Source: Planctomycetota bacterium (GTDB taxonomy: Bacteria; Planctomycetota; UBA1135; UBA2386). From it: a stretch of 64,000 nt of DNA. Below, piece by piece: positions 48,436-56,727 of this stretch. The notes under the pieces are model-generated. The model made no database searches. It was not told where the DNA came from and saw only the letters and a list, made by a program, of their open reading frames with translations. Positions within the stretch are counted from its first letter, which is position 1, and every line of letters starts with the position of its first letter. The stretch spans positions 2,688,001 through 2,752,000 of the forward strand of contig JBKAGP010000001.1 of assembly GCA_046290465.1 (NCBI GenBank), read 5' to 3'. A program made the position numbers and the translations under genes.

Positions 48436-50073
48436 ATGACCGACTTCAACCGACACCCCGACACCTACCACCACTGGAAGCTCGAGTTCGACGGCGACGT
48501 CGCGCACCTGCGCATGAACGTCAACCCGGACCACCCCTTCCGTGACGGCTACGAACTCAAGCTCAACAGCTACGACCTGTCGGTCGACATGGAGCTGGCG
48601 GACGCGATCCAACGCCTGCGCTTCGAGCACCCCAACGTCAAGGCGCTGGTCGTCGGCAGCGGCCAGGAGCGCGCGTTCTGCGCGGGCGCGAACATCGTGA
48701 TGCTCAAGAGCAGCACGCACCCCTTCAAGGTGAACTTCTGCAAGTTCACCAACGAGACGCGCCTGAGCCTCGAGGACTACAGCCAGAACTCGGGCGTGCG
48801 TTCGGTGTGCGCGATCAACGCGGCGTGCGCCGGTGGCGGCTACGAGCTGGCGCTGGCCTGCGACGAGATCCACCTGGTCAACGACAACAACTCGGCCGTG
48901 TCGCTGCCCGAGGTGCCGCTGCTGGGCGTGCTGCCGGGCACCGGCGGCCTGACCCGCCTGGTCGACAAGCGCAAGATCCGCCGCGACCACGCCGACGTGT
49001 TCTGCACGATGGCCGAGGGCCTGCGCGGCAAGAAGGCGCTCAAGTGGAACTTCGTCGACGCGATCTGGCCGAAGTCGAAGTTCACCGACGCGATCGCCAA
49101 CCGCGCCAGCGAGATCGCCGGCGAGGCCAAGGACAAGGGTGCTGCCAAGGGCATCGAACTGAAGCCGATCGCCTATGAGAAGAGCGAAGAAGACGGCAAG
49201 ACCACGATGAAGTGGGAGCACGTCGAGGTCGTCGTCGAGCCGGGCCAGCGCCTGGCGCGCATCACGTTCACCGGCCCGATCGGCGACCAGCCGAAGGACG
49301 GCGCCGGCTTCGAGGCCGCGGGCTGCGACACCTGGGCGCTCAAGGCCTGGCGCGAGTTCGACGACGCGCTGCTGCAGCTGCGCTTCGACTACGAGGAGAT
49401 CGGCCTGGTCGTGCTCGAGACCCGCGGCGACCGCGGCGCGCTGGTCGAACTCGAGAAGACGCTCGACGCCAACCAGAACCACTGGCTCTGCAAGGAGATC
49501 CTGCTGCACATGGCGCGGGTCTGCCGCCGCTGGGACCTGATGGCGCGCTCGACCTACGCGCTGGTCGACGAGAAGGGCTGCGCCGCCGGCGCGTTCCTCG
49601 AGCTGATGATGGCCTGCGACCGCATCTACGCCAACGACGTCGACGAGGTCGAGTTCGTTGTCGGCCCGCTGAGCGACGGCGACCTGCCGATGAGCCACGG
49701 CCTCAGCCGCCTGCACAACCGCTTCCTGGCGACGCCCGAGCAGGGCGAGAAGCTCGCCAAGGAGCAGCCGACGCTGATCGCGCCCGAAGCCGACGAAGAA
49801 GGCCTCGTCACCTACCTGCTCGACCCGCTCGACTGGGAGGACGACGTGCGCATCGCGCTCGAGGAGCGGGTCTCGATGTCGCCCGATGCCCTCACCGGCA
49901 TGGAGGCCTCGCTCCGCTTCGGCGGCGCCGAGAACTGCGACAGCAAGATCTTCGGCCGCCTCAGCGCCTGGCAGAACTGGATCTTCACGCGTCCGAACGC
50001 CACCGGCGACGAAGGCGCACTCACCCGCTACGGCGCGCCCGAGGGCGCGCAGTTCGACTGGCGCCGCACCTAA
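48436..50073 (+). CDS. boxC: 2,3-epoxybenzoyl-CoA dihydrolase
   Basis: YxHWKL, LKLNSYDL.VD.EL, KVNFCKFTNETR, LPEVPLLGVLPGTGG, SPDALTGME, FGRL.AWQNWIF.RPNA. Confidence 0.96.
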   Translation: MTDFNRHPDTYHHWKLEFDGDVAHLRMNVNPDHPFRDGYELKLNSYDLSVDMELADAIQRLRFEHPNVKALVVGSGQERAFCAGANIVMLKSSTHPFKVNFCKFTNETRLSLEDYSQNSGVRSVCAINAACAGGGYELALACDEIHLVNDNNSAVSLPEVPLLGVLPGTGGLTRLVDKRKIRRDHADVFCTMAEGLRGKKALKWNFVDAIWPKSKFTDAIANRASEIAGEAKDKGAAKGIELKPIAYEKSEEDGKTTMKWEHVEVVVEPGQRLARITFTGPIGDQPKDGAGFEAAGCDTWALKAWREFDDALLQLRFDYEEIGLVVLETRGDRGALVELEKTLDANQNHWLCKEILLHMARVCRRWDLMARSTYALVDEKGCAAGAFLELMMACDRIYANDVDEVEFVVGPLSDGDLPMSHGLSRLHNRFLATPEQGEKLAKEQPTLIAPEADEEGLVTYLLDPLDWEDDVRIALEERVSMSPDALTGMEASLRFGGAENCDSKIFGRLSAWQNWIFTRPNATGDEGALTRYGAPEGAQFDWRRT

Positions 50074-50150
50074 CGGCCCGGACGCCAACACCCAACCGAT
50101 CACCTTTCCCTGAGGGGCATCCTTTCCTCACGGATTTCCAAGGCAACCTG

Positions 50151-51569
50151 ATGAGCAGCGTCGACCTCGAAGCAAAGATCCCGAACAACGTCGGACTCCG
50201 CGACAACAAGCGCCTGATGATGGCGCTCGAAAAGTGGCAGCCGAAGTTCCTCGACTGGTGGAAGACTGTCGGCCCGACGGACTTCAACGAGGACCAGATC
50301 TACCTGCGCACCGCCGTCGGCGTCGGCAAGGGCGGCTGGGCGCACTTCGACTACGTGAAGATGCCGGACTACCGCTGGGGCATCTTCCTCGCGGACGGGC
50401 CGGACGATCGCAAGATCCACTTCGGTGACAACATGGGCAGCGACGCCTGGCAGACCGTGCCGGGTGAGTTCCGCAACCGCCTGCGTCGCCTGATCGTCAC
50501 GCAGGGCGACACCGAGCCGGCGTCGGTCGAGCAGCAGCGCATGCTGGGCCACACCTGCCCGTCGCTCTACGACCTTCGCTCGCTGTTCCAGGTCAACGTC
50601 GAGGAAGGCCGCCACCTGTGGGCGATGGTCTACCTGCTGCAGACCTACTTCGGTGCCGACGGCCGCGACGAGGCCGAGGCGCTGCTCGAGCGCAACTCCG
50701 GCGACGTCGACAACCCGCGCATCCTCGAGGCGTTCAACTACCCGGTCACCAACTGGCTGGACTTCTTCTGCTTCACGGCCTTCATGGACCGGGACGGCAA
50801 GTACCAGCTGTCGTCGCTGGCCGAGTCGAGCTTCGACCCGCTGGCGCGTTCGACGCAGTTCATGCTGGCCGAGGAGGCCTACCACCTGCAGACCGGTGAG
50901 AACGGCGTCGGCCGCATCGTCAAGCGCACCGGTGAGCTGATGGCCGAGGGCAAGGACCCGCGCACCGAAGGCGCGATCCCGCTCGACATGATCCAGCGCT
51001 ACTGCAACTTCTGGTTCACCGGCTCGATGGACCTGTTCGGCGGCGAGGACTCGACCAACGCCGCCGAGGCGTTCGCGATGGGCCTGAAGGGCCGCTACCG
51101 CGAGTCGGACGGCATCTACAAGGACCCGAAGGCGCTCAACGCCGAGTACCGCCTGCAGGTGCCGACCGACGACGGCAAGCTCGAGGATAAGGACATCCCG
51201 CTGCGCCGCGCGATGAACGCGGTCCTGCTGGACGCCTACATCGCCGACTGCAGCCGCATCGTGCAGCGCTGGAACCGCGAGCTGAAGAAGCTCGGCGTCG
51301 ACCAGACGATCCAGTTGCCCGACCGCAAGTTCAACCGCCACCAGGGCGTCTACGCCGGCTACAAGTTCAACCCGCAGGGTGAGCTGATCGACGAGGCGAC
51401 CTGGACGCACGAGCACACCAAGTGGCTGCCGACGCAGGCGGACCGCGAGTACGTCGACTCCTGCATGGTCAAGGTCACCGAGCCCGGCAAGTTCGCGAAC
51501 TACATCGCGCCGCCGCAGAACGGCCCGAACAACCAGCCGATCGACTTCGAGTACGTCAAGTTCCACTAG
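50151..51569 (+). CDS. boxB: benzoyl-CoA 2,3-epoxidase di-iron subunit
   Basis: KIPNNV, YLRTAV, MPDYRWGIF, QGDTEPASVEQQ, EEGRH, DRDGKYQL, EEAYH. Confidence 0.96.
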   Translation: MSSVDLEAKIPNNVGLRDNKRLMMALEKWQPKFLDWWKTVGPTDFNEDQIYLRTAVGVGKGGWAHFDYVKMPDYRWGIFLADGPDDRKIHFGDNMGSDAWQTVPGEFRNRLRRLIVTQGDTEPASVEQQRMLGHTCPSLYDLRSLFQVNVEEGRHLWAMVYLLQTYFGADGRDEAEALLERNSGDVDNPRILEAFNYPVTNWLDFFCFTAFMDRDGKYQLSSLAESSFDPLARSTQFMLAEEAYHLQTGENGVGRIVKRTGELMAEGKDPRTEGAIPLDMIQRYCNFWFTGSMDLFGGEDSTNAAEAFAMGLKGRYRESDGIYKDPKALNAEYRLQVPTDDGKLEDKDIPLRRAMNAVLLDAYIADCSRIVQRWNRELKKLGVDQTIQLPDRKFNRHQGVYAGYKFNPQGELIDEATWTHEHTKWLPTQADREYVDSCMVKVTEPGKFANYIAPPQNGPNNQPIDFEYVKFH

Positions 51570-51737
51570 CCGGCTTGGCTCGCGGAGCGAGCCGGACCGA
51601 CTGGGTTCCACTTCGGATCGTGGCTACGTGGAGGCATCCTCCGCGAGGCCATCCGCAACCGGCCCGCTGCCGCGATCCTCGGCCTCGCTTCGCGAGGCGA
51701 TGCGCCTTCGGCGCTCCCCTGTTGCGCCTGAATCCTG

Positions 51738-52073
51738 ATGACGAATCGTCTTTGTTATGTCTGTGAAGGCGGCGACTGCACCGAGAAGGGCAGCGGCGAC
51801 CTGTTCGACAAGCTCCGCGACCTGGTCAAGCAGTTCGACCCGGACGAGGAGCGCATCAAGGTGCGCCGCTACCCGTGCTTCGGCGCGTGCGAGCAGGGCA
51901 TCAACGTGACGCTGTTCCCCGACAAGGTGTTCTACAGCACCGTCACCGAGAACGACCTCGCCGAGATCGTCGCGCACATCAAGGGCGAGGGCGAGGTCCC
52001 CGAACGCCTGACCGGCAAGTGCGAGCCGGACGTCGAGCAGATCATCTGGGACATGCTCGACAGTCCTTACTAG
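51738..52073 (+). CDS. thioredoxin-like (NuoE-type) [2Fe-2S] ferredoxin
   Basis: C9-x4-C14-x32-C47-x3-C51, G.N..P..V.Y..V...D...IV..H. Confidence 0.88.
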   Translation: MTNRLCYVCEGGDCTEKGSGDLFDKLRDLVKQFDPDEERIKVRRYPCFGACEQGINVTLFPDKVFYSTVTENDLAEIVAHIKGEGEVPERLTGKCEPDVEQIIWDMLDSPY

Positions 52074-52105
52074 CTGGCCTTGCTGGCTGGCCTTGCTGGC
52101 TGGCC
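52073..52105. repeat. 13-bp tandem repeat, about 2.5 copies
   Basis: GCTGGCCTTGCTG at 52073 and 52086, partial at 52099. Confidence 0.75.
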
Positions 52106-52234
52106 GGCTTGCTGGCCCCGCCAGACCGATTTCTTGTCCGCCGGTGCCCCCCGGTGACGTTCTTCTCGGTTGGAGACCGTCCGCAAGGACGGGAGACAGG
52201 AGAAGAAGAAGAGATCAGAGAGACACGCAGGTCA

Positions 52235-52273
52235 GGCGGCAGCCATCACGAGTGGCTGCCGCCAATTTTCTTC
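52235..52273 (+). terminator. intrinsic terminator of box operon
   Basis: GGCGGCAGCCA-N7-TGGCTGCCGCC 11-bp stem followed by AATTTTCTTC. Confidence 0.7.
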
Positions 52274-52400
52274 GCGCCCTGCGCTCGACGCGCCAGCGCC
52301 CGGCGCGCCTGCGGACGACCCGCCCCACCGTCACACCTTCACGCAGCGCTCACGGCGCCTCCATACCCGCGTGCAGAACAGTTCTCTCGGACGTTCTGCA

Positions 52401-53318
52401 ATGGGTTGGATACTGCGAGGTCGACGCCCCTGGCGCCGGAAGGGCCGGGTCCTGCTGCTGCTGGGCCTGTCCGCGTGCGCCGTCTGGGCCACGTCGACCC
52501 ACGGCGGCCGCGCCACGGTCGTCCCGGCGAGCCACCCGATGCGCGTGGCCGCCAGCGAGCAGGTGCGCATCCAGACGCTCAACGTGTTCGGGCTGCCGTG
52601 GCCGCTGGCCCCCGACGTCGAGCCGCGCTGCCAGCGCATCGCGCAGCAGATCGCCAGCGACAGCGCCGACGTGATCGCGCTGCAGGAGGCGTGGGGCGAG
52701 GACGCGAGCGCGCCGTTCGCGATGCCCTACCACCACCGCGCGTCGTGCCGCCAGCCCGCCTGCCTCTACGGATCGAGCGGCCTGATGACGCTGTCGCGGC
52801 ATCCGATCCGGCACGCCGAGTCGCGCTTCTTCCGCGCCGGTGACGGCATCGAGACGATCGTCTCCAAGGGCATCCTTCGCACGATCGTGACGCTGCCCGA
52901 CGGCGAACTCGACGTCTGGAACCTGCATCTGCAGAGCGGCCTCGACGACGTCGCCATCCGCATAGCACAGATCGCCGAGCTGCTGCAGTGGATCGAGCAG
53001 GACGGGGACGTGCGCCGGGCCGCGATCGTCGGCGACTTCAACTGCGCCCCCGGCGACCCGGAGTTCGCGACGCTGCTGGCCGGCATGGAGCGGCTCGGCT
53101 TCGTGCACGCGTCCTGCGGCAAGCCCACCTACGACGCCACCGTCAACCCGCTGGCGATGAAGGAACGGCCGAAGGAGATCGACCACATCTTCGTGCGCGG
53201 CCACGGCCGGTCGGTGGCCGCCGACCGCGTCTTCGACCAGCCGATCGACGGCCAGCTGCCATCCGACCACTTCGGGGTCGAGGCGGTGCTGACCGCGGCC
53301 TACTCGTCGCGCAGGTAG
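52401..53318 (+). CDS. endonuclease/exonuclease/phosphatase family (sphingomyelinase-like), exported
   Basis: TLNV, LQE, SGL..LSR.PI, KG, HL, GDFN, IDH, SDH. Confidence 0.85.
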   Translation: MGWILRGRRPWRRKGRVLLLLGLSACAVWATSTHGGRATVVPASHPMRVAASEQVRIQTLNVFGLPWPLAPDVEPRCQRIAQQIASDSADVIALQEAWGEDASAPFAMPYHHRASCRQPACLYGSSGLMTLSRHPIRHAESRFFRAGDGIETIVSKGILRTIVTLPDGELDVWNLHLQSGLDDVAIRIAQIAELLQWIEQDGDVRRAAIVGDFNCAPGDPEFATLLAGMERLGFVHASCGKPTYDATVNPLAMKERPKEIDHIFVRGHGRSVAADRVFDQPIDGQLPSDHFGVEAVLTAAYSSRR

Positions 53319-54559
53319 CGCCGTCGGCAGAAGAAGAAGCCGTCGTGCAGGTAGTGCACGAGCAGCAGCGAGAAGCCGAGCAGGTAGTAGGCGAGCAGCA
53401 CCGAACCGGGTCGGTAGAGCTCCTTGCCGGCCGCGTCGCGCAGCGGCTCGTCGTGGCCGAACATCGCGAACTGGCCGTTGCTGGTCGCGGCGATCAACCA
53501 CGCCGCACCGAGCAGCACGACGATCGCACCGAGCGTCGCGAACAGCGCCGAGCGGTAGAAGCGCCAGTGCCGCCCCTCGCCCATGTTGCGGTCGAAGAAG
53601 CCGTACGAGATCTCGTTCTTCTGCTTGCTGCGTTCGTTCATCAGCCACAGCACGCCCAGGTACTGGAAGCTGTGCCAGGCGTTGAGGCCCTGGAATGCGC
53701 TGTCGAGGTTGGGCAGCAGCGGCACGGTCGAGCCGAGCAGCGCCATCGCGACGACCAGTTGGAAGCGGCGACGGACCAGCGTGCCTTCGCGGTATTCGCG
53801 CAGGCTCTTCCACGCGAACAGCGCCACCGACACCAAGAACGCGGTCGTGATCGCGATCCACAGCGCCGGGTGCATCAGGAACTCGGGCAGCAGCGGCGCG
53901 ACCCGGCCGATCTTGAAGATGTACTCGTCGGCGAACTCCTGGCTGCCGGACAGCCACGTGACGATCTGCGTCGCCAGCGCGTCCGGGTTGGCTCCGCGCA
54001 TCGTCAGGTCCGTCTTGTCGATCATCGACATGCGGAAGAACGACGCCGGATACATCGCAAACAGCAGCACGGCGTAGTCGACCCACGCCAGCCGCTGCGC
54101 CTTCTGGCCGTAGGCGCTCGCCACGAAGCTGTGCTGGTGCACGATGTGCACGCCGGCCCAGAAGAAAAAGAACGTCAGGATGTAGCGGATCGGCGGCGAG
54201 CCGGCGATCAGCACGTCGAAGAACGCCGAGCTGATCGCGGCACCGACGACGACCAGCGGCACGCACAGCCCGAGCACGAACAGCAGCGGTTCCTGCTTGC
54301 GGAAGCGTGGGTTGAAGTAGGTGCGCGTGTAGGTCGCGAACACGTGCGGGCCGCCGAGCGGCACCATCACCAGCAGCGTGACCATGTCCTCGGCCGCCGA
54401 CACGCCCGCGCCGAGCGCGCGGAACAGGTAGAACGCGAGGATCGGAACGGGCACCAGCCACGCGCCGCCGGCCACGAAGAACTTGTCCCACGTGCGGCTG
54501 CGCAACTGCTGCGTCGGTTGGACTTCGGCCCCGAGGGCTCCAGGTGCGAGCGTGGTCAT
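53300..54559 (-). CDS. polytopic membrane protein with conserved His motifs
   Basis: About 10 hydrophobic segments; PHVFATY, HIVHQH, WHSFQY, HYLHDG. Confidence 0.75.
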   Translation of the reverse strand: MTTLAPGALGAEVQPTQQLRSRTWDKFFVAGGAWLVPVPILAFYLFRALGAGVSAAEDMVTLLVMVPLGGPHVFATYTRTYFNPRFRKQEPLLFVLGLCVPLVVVGAAISSAFFDVLIAGSPPIRYILTFFFFWAGVHIVHQHSFVASAYGQKAQRLAWVDYAVLLFAMYPASFFRMSMIDKTDLTMRGANPDALATQIVTWLSGSQEFADEYIFKIGRVAPLLPEFLMHPALWIAITTAFLVSVALFAWKSLREYREGTLVRRRFQLVVAMALLGSTVPLLPNLDSAFQGLNAWHSFQYLGVLWLMNERSKQKNEISYGFFDRNMGEGRHWRFYRSALFATLGAIVVLLGAAWLIAATSNGQFAMFGHDEPLRDAAGKELYRPGSVLLAYYLLGFSLLLVHYLHDGFFFCRRRYLRDE

Positions 54560-54688
54560 GACTCTGTCGCTGAGGAGTACCGCGAACCGCACGGCACTGC
54601 GAGTCCCGGCGCGTGTTTTCCCACGCCGGGCGGACCGATCGGGAGAATGGCGTACCCTCTGGCCTTTCCCGGGCATCCATCGGGAGCC

Positions 54689-55228
54689 ATGAAGAACGCC
54701 ACGATGACCCCAACGCCCGACACCGGACGCGCCCGGCTGGTCGCGTTCGTCGAACGGCACCAGCGCGGCCTGCGCCGCTGGCTGCTGTCGCTCGGCGCAG
54801 ATCCGATGTCGGCGGAGGATCACTGCCAGGAGACCCTGCTCGCGGCCATGCACCACGGCGTCGCCGACTGGACCGGCCGGCGGGCGTGGGCCTGGCTGCG
54901 CACGACCGCGCAGAACTTCTTGCGCATGCAGCTGCGGCGCGAGCGACGCGCGCCGCTGCAGTCGCTCGACGACGTCGAGCAGGCCTGGCACCGCGCCGGT
55001 GGCGACGACGACGGCGGCAACGCCGCGCTCGACGCGCTGCGGCGCTGCCTCGAGCAGGCCGACGGGCGCGACCGCGAGCTGCTCGACCGGCGCTACGCCG
55101 ACGGCCAGGGGCGCGGCGAGATGGCGCGGGCGCTCGGCCTCGGCGAGGCCGGCGTCAAGCAGGCCCTGCGGCGCGCGCGCGCCCGCCTGCGCACCTGCAT
55201 GGAACACCGGATGGAGGAGCAACGATGA
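54689..55228 (+). CDS. ECF sigma-70 factor
   Basis: AED..QE, AWLR.TA.N, L..CL..., RY..G, VK..L.R.R..LR.C. Confidence 0.85.
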   Translation: MKNATMTPTPDTGRARLVAFVERHQRGLRRWLLSLGADPMSAEDHCQETLLAAMHHGVADWTGRRAWAWLRTTAQNFLRMQLRRERRAPLQSLDDVEQAWHRAGGDDDGGNAALDALRRCLEQADGRDRELLDRRYADGQGRGEMARALGLGEAGVKQALRRARARLRTCMEHRMEEQR

Positions 55229-56562
55229 GCGAGGGACATCAGGGCCGCGACGCGTTCGTGCACGCGCTGCTGCAGGAGGAGCTGGGCAGCGAGCCGCGGC
55301 CGGCGAGCGCCGACGAACTGCTGCAACGCCTCGAGCTCGGCGACGGCGCCCGCGCGTTCGCCCGTGCCGCCGGCCAGGCGCCGGCACGGCAGCGCAGCTG
55401 GATCGCGCGGAGGTGGCCGCTGGTCGCGGCGGCGGTCGCGGTGGTCGCCGTCGGAGCGACGTTCGCGCAGGACTGGTTCGGTGGCAATGCGCCGTCCGAC
55501 GACGAGGTCGATCGACCCGAGGTCCCGAACGACCAGGACCCGCAGCCAGAGGACCGGACCGTCCCGATCCGCGATCTCGCCCACTTCGAGCAGCTGGTGC
55601 CGCAGATCCGCGGCGTGTCGGTCGAGGTCCTGCGGCTGCACGACGCCAACCTGCCGTTCGAGGTCGAGGTCGCGGGCCACCCGATCGGGATGACGCAGCA
55701 CGCGTGCGAGCCGTTCGTCGCGGCGCTGGCCGACGACCTCGCGTTGCTCGAGCCGGCCGCGGCGGAATGGCAGAACCAGCTGACGTTCGAACTGAAGGAC
55801 GGCCGCTCGATCGAGGGCGCCATCTATCCCTACGGCGGCGCTGGCGTGCTGCGCGTGCACCTGCAGGGTCTGAAGGGCGATCTCGGGGTCGGCGGCACGG
55901 CCGGCAACATGCTGCGCGACCTGCTGAAGGACGGCGTCTTCCAGGCTTGCTACCAGCGAGGCATCGTGACCCGGGGCCGACCGCTGAAGGAGGTCCCGCG
56001 CGACGCGACCGCGCTGCGGATCTTCCAGCAGAGCGACGAGGACCTGAGGCTGCTGTCGGAGTTCTCACGGCTGACGAAGCTCGACGTCTCCGGCCTTCGC
56101 AACACGCTCGGCGAAGTCGGGCATGGCGCGATCGCCAAGGCCTGCCCGCAGCTCGAGGAGCTGGTGCTCGACGGCGCGATGCTGCCGGACACCACACTGC
56201 GCGTGCTCGGCGACCTGACGAAGCTGAAGCGGCTGTCGCTGCGCGGCGTGCGCGGCTTCGCCGGCACCGGCTTCGAGCACTACACCCATAGCCAGAAGCA
56301 CCGCGACGGTCCGACCGAGGTCGACCTGTCCTACTGCAAGTCGCTGTCCGACGCGGGCCTCAGGGCGATCTGTGCCTGGGATCCCGAGGTGTTGCGGCTG
56401 CAGGGAGCCGGCGCCGGGATCACACGCAGCGGCTTCGAGGCCCTGCAGAGGACCCGGCGACTGCGCGAACTCGACCTGCGGTCGTTCTCGATGAAGGACA
56501 AGGGCATGCTGCCGGTCCTCAACGCGCTGCTCCGGCGCGAGGGGCTGAAGGTGCTGCGCTAG
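55225..56562 (+). CDS. membrane-anchored putative anti-sigma factor with C-terminal leucine-rich repeats
   Basis: ATGA overlap with sigma; single TM; LRR units LTKLDVSG, LEELVLDG, LKRLSLRG, VDLSYC, LRELDL. Confidence 0.75.
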   Translation: MSEGHQGRDAFVHALLQEELGSEPRPASADELLQRLELGDGARAFARAAGQAPARQRSWIARRWPLVAAAVAVVAVGATFAQDWFGGNAPSDDEVDRPEVPNDQDPQPEDRTVPIRDLAHFEQLVPQIRGVSVEVLRLHDANLPFEVEVAGHPIGMTQHACEPFVAALADDLALLEPAAAEWQNQLTFELKDGRSIEGAIYPYGGAGVLRVHLQGLKGDLGVGGTAGNMLRDLLKDGVFQACYQRGIVTRGRPLKEVPRDATALRIFQQSDEDLRLLSEFSRLTKLDVSGLRNTLGEVGHGAIAKACPQLEELVLDGAMLPDTTLRVLGDLTKLKRLSLRGVRGFAGTGFEHYTHSQKHRDGPTEVDLSYCKSLSDAGLRAICAWDPEVLRLQGAGAGITRSGFEALQRTRRLRELDLRSFSMKDKGMLPVLNALLRREGLKVLR

Positions 56563-56670
56563 AAGACCGCGGCCGCAGAAGAAGCTCTGGTCCTCGTCCA
56601 GCCCGGTCGCGCCGATGCCGCTACCCGCGAACAGGTAGCTGTAGCCGCCGAAGAGCGAGACGTACACGAA
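56559..56670 (-). pseudogene. 3' relic of an AlgE-like outer-membrane porin gene
   Basis: FVYVSLFGGYSYLFAGSGIGATGLDEDQSFF, then with a one-base frameshift AAAVF-stop; resembles the final two beta-strands of this porin family. Confidence 0.5.
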
Positions 56671-56696
56671 GACGCGCCGGGCAATGCCGGCGCGTC
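56671..56696 (-). terminator. hairpin downstream of S46 gene
   Basis: GACGCGCCGG-N6-CCGGCGCGTC 10-bp stem. Confidence 0.55.
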
Positions 56697-56727
56697 GTCA
56701 CGTTGGGCAGGCTGCCAGCAGCTGCGC

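Noticed and set aside
52170..52205. c-di-GMP-I riboswitch-like GNRA hairpin (CCGTCC-GCAA-GGACGG)
   Set aside because: Only a P2-like hairpin is present; the conserved flanks and P3 receptor are not recognisable. An Rfam scan would settle it.
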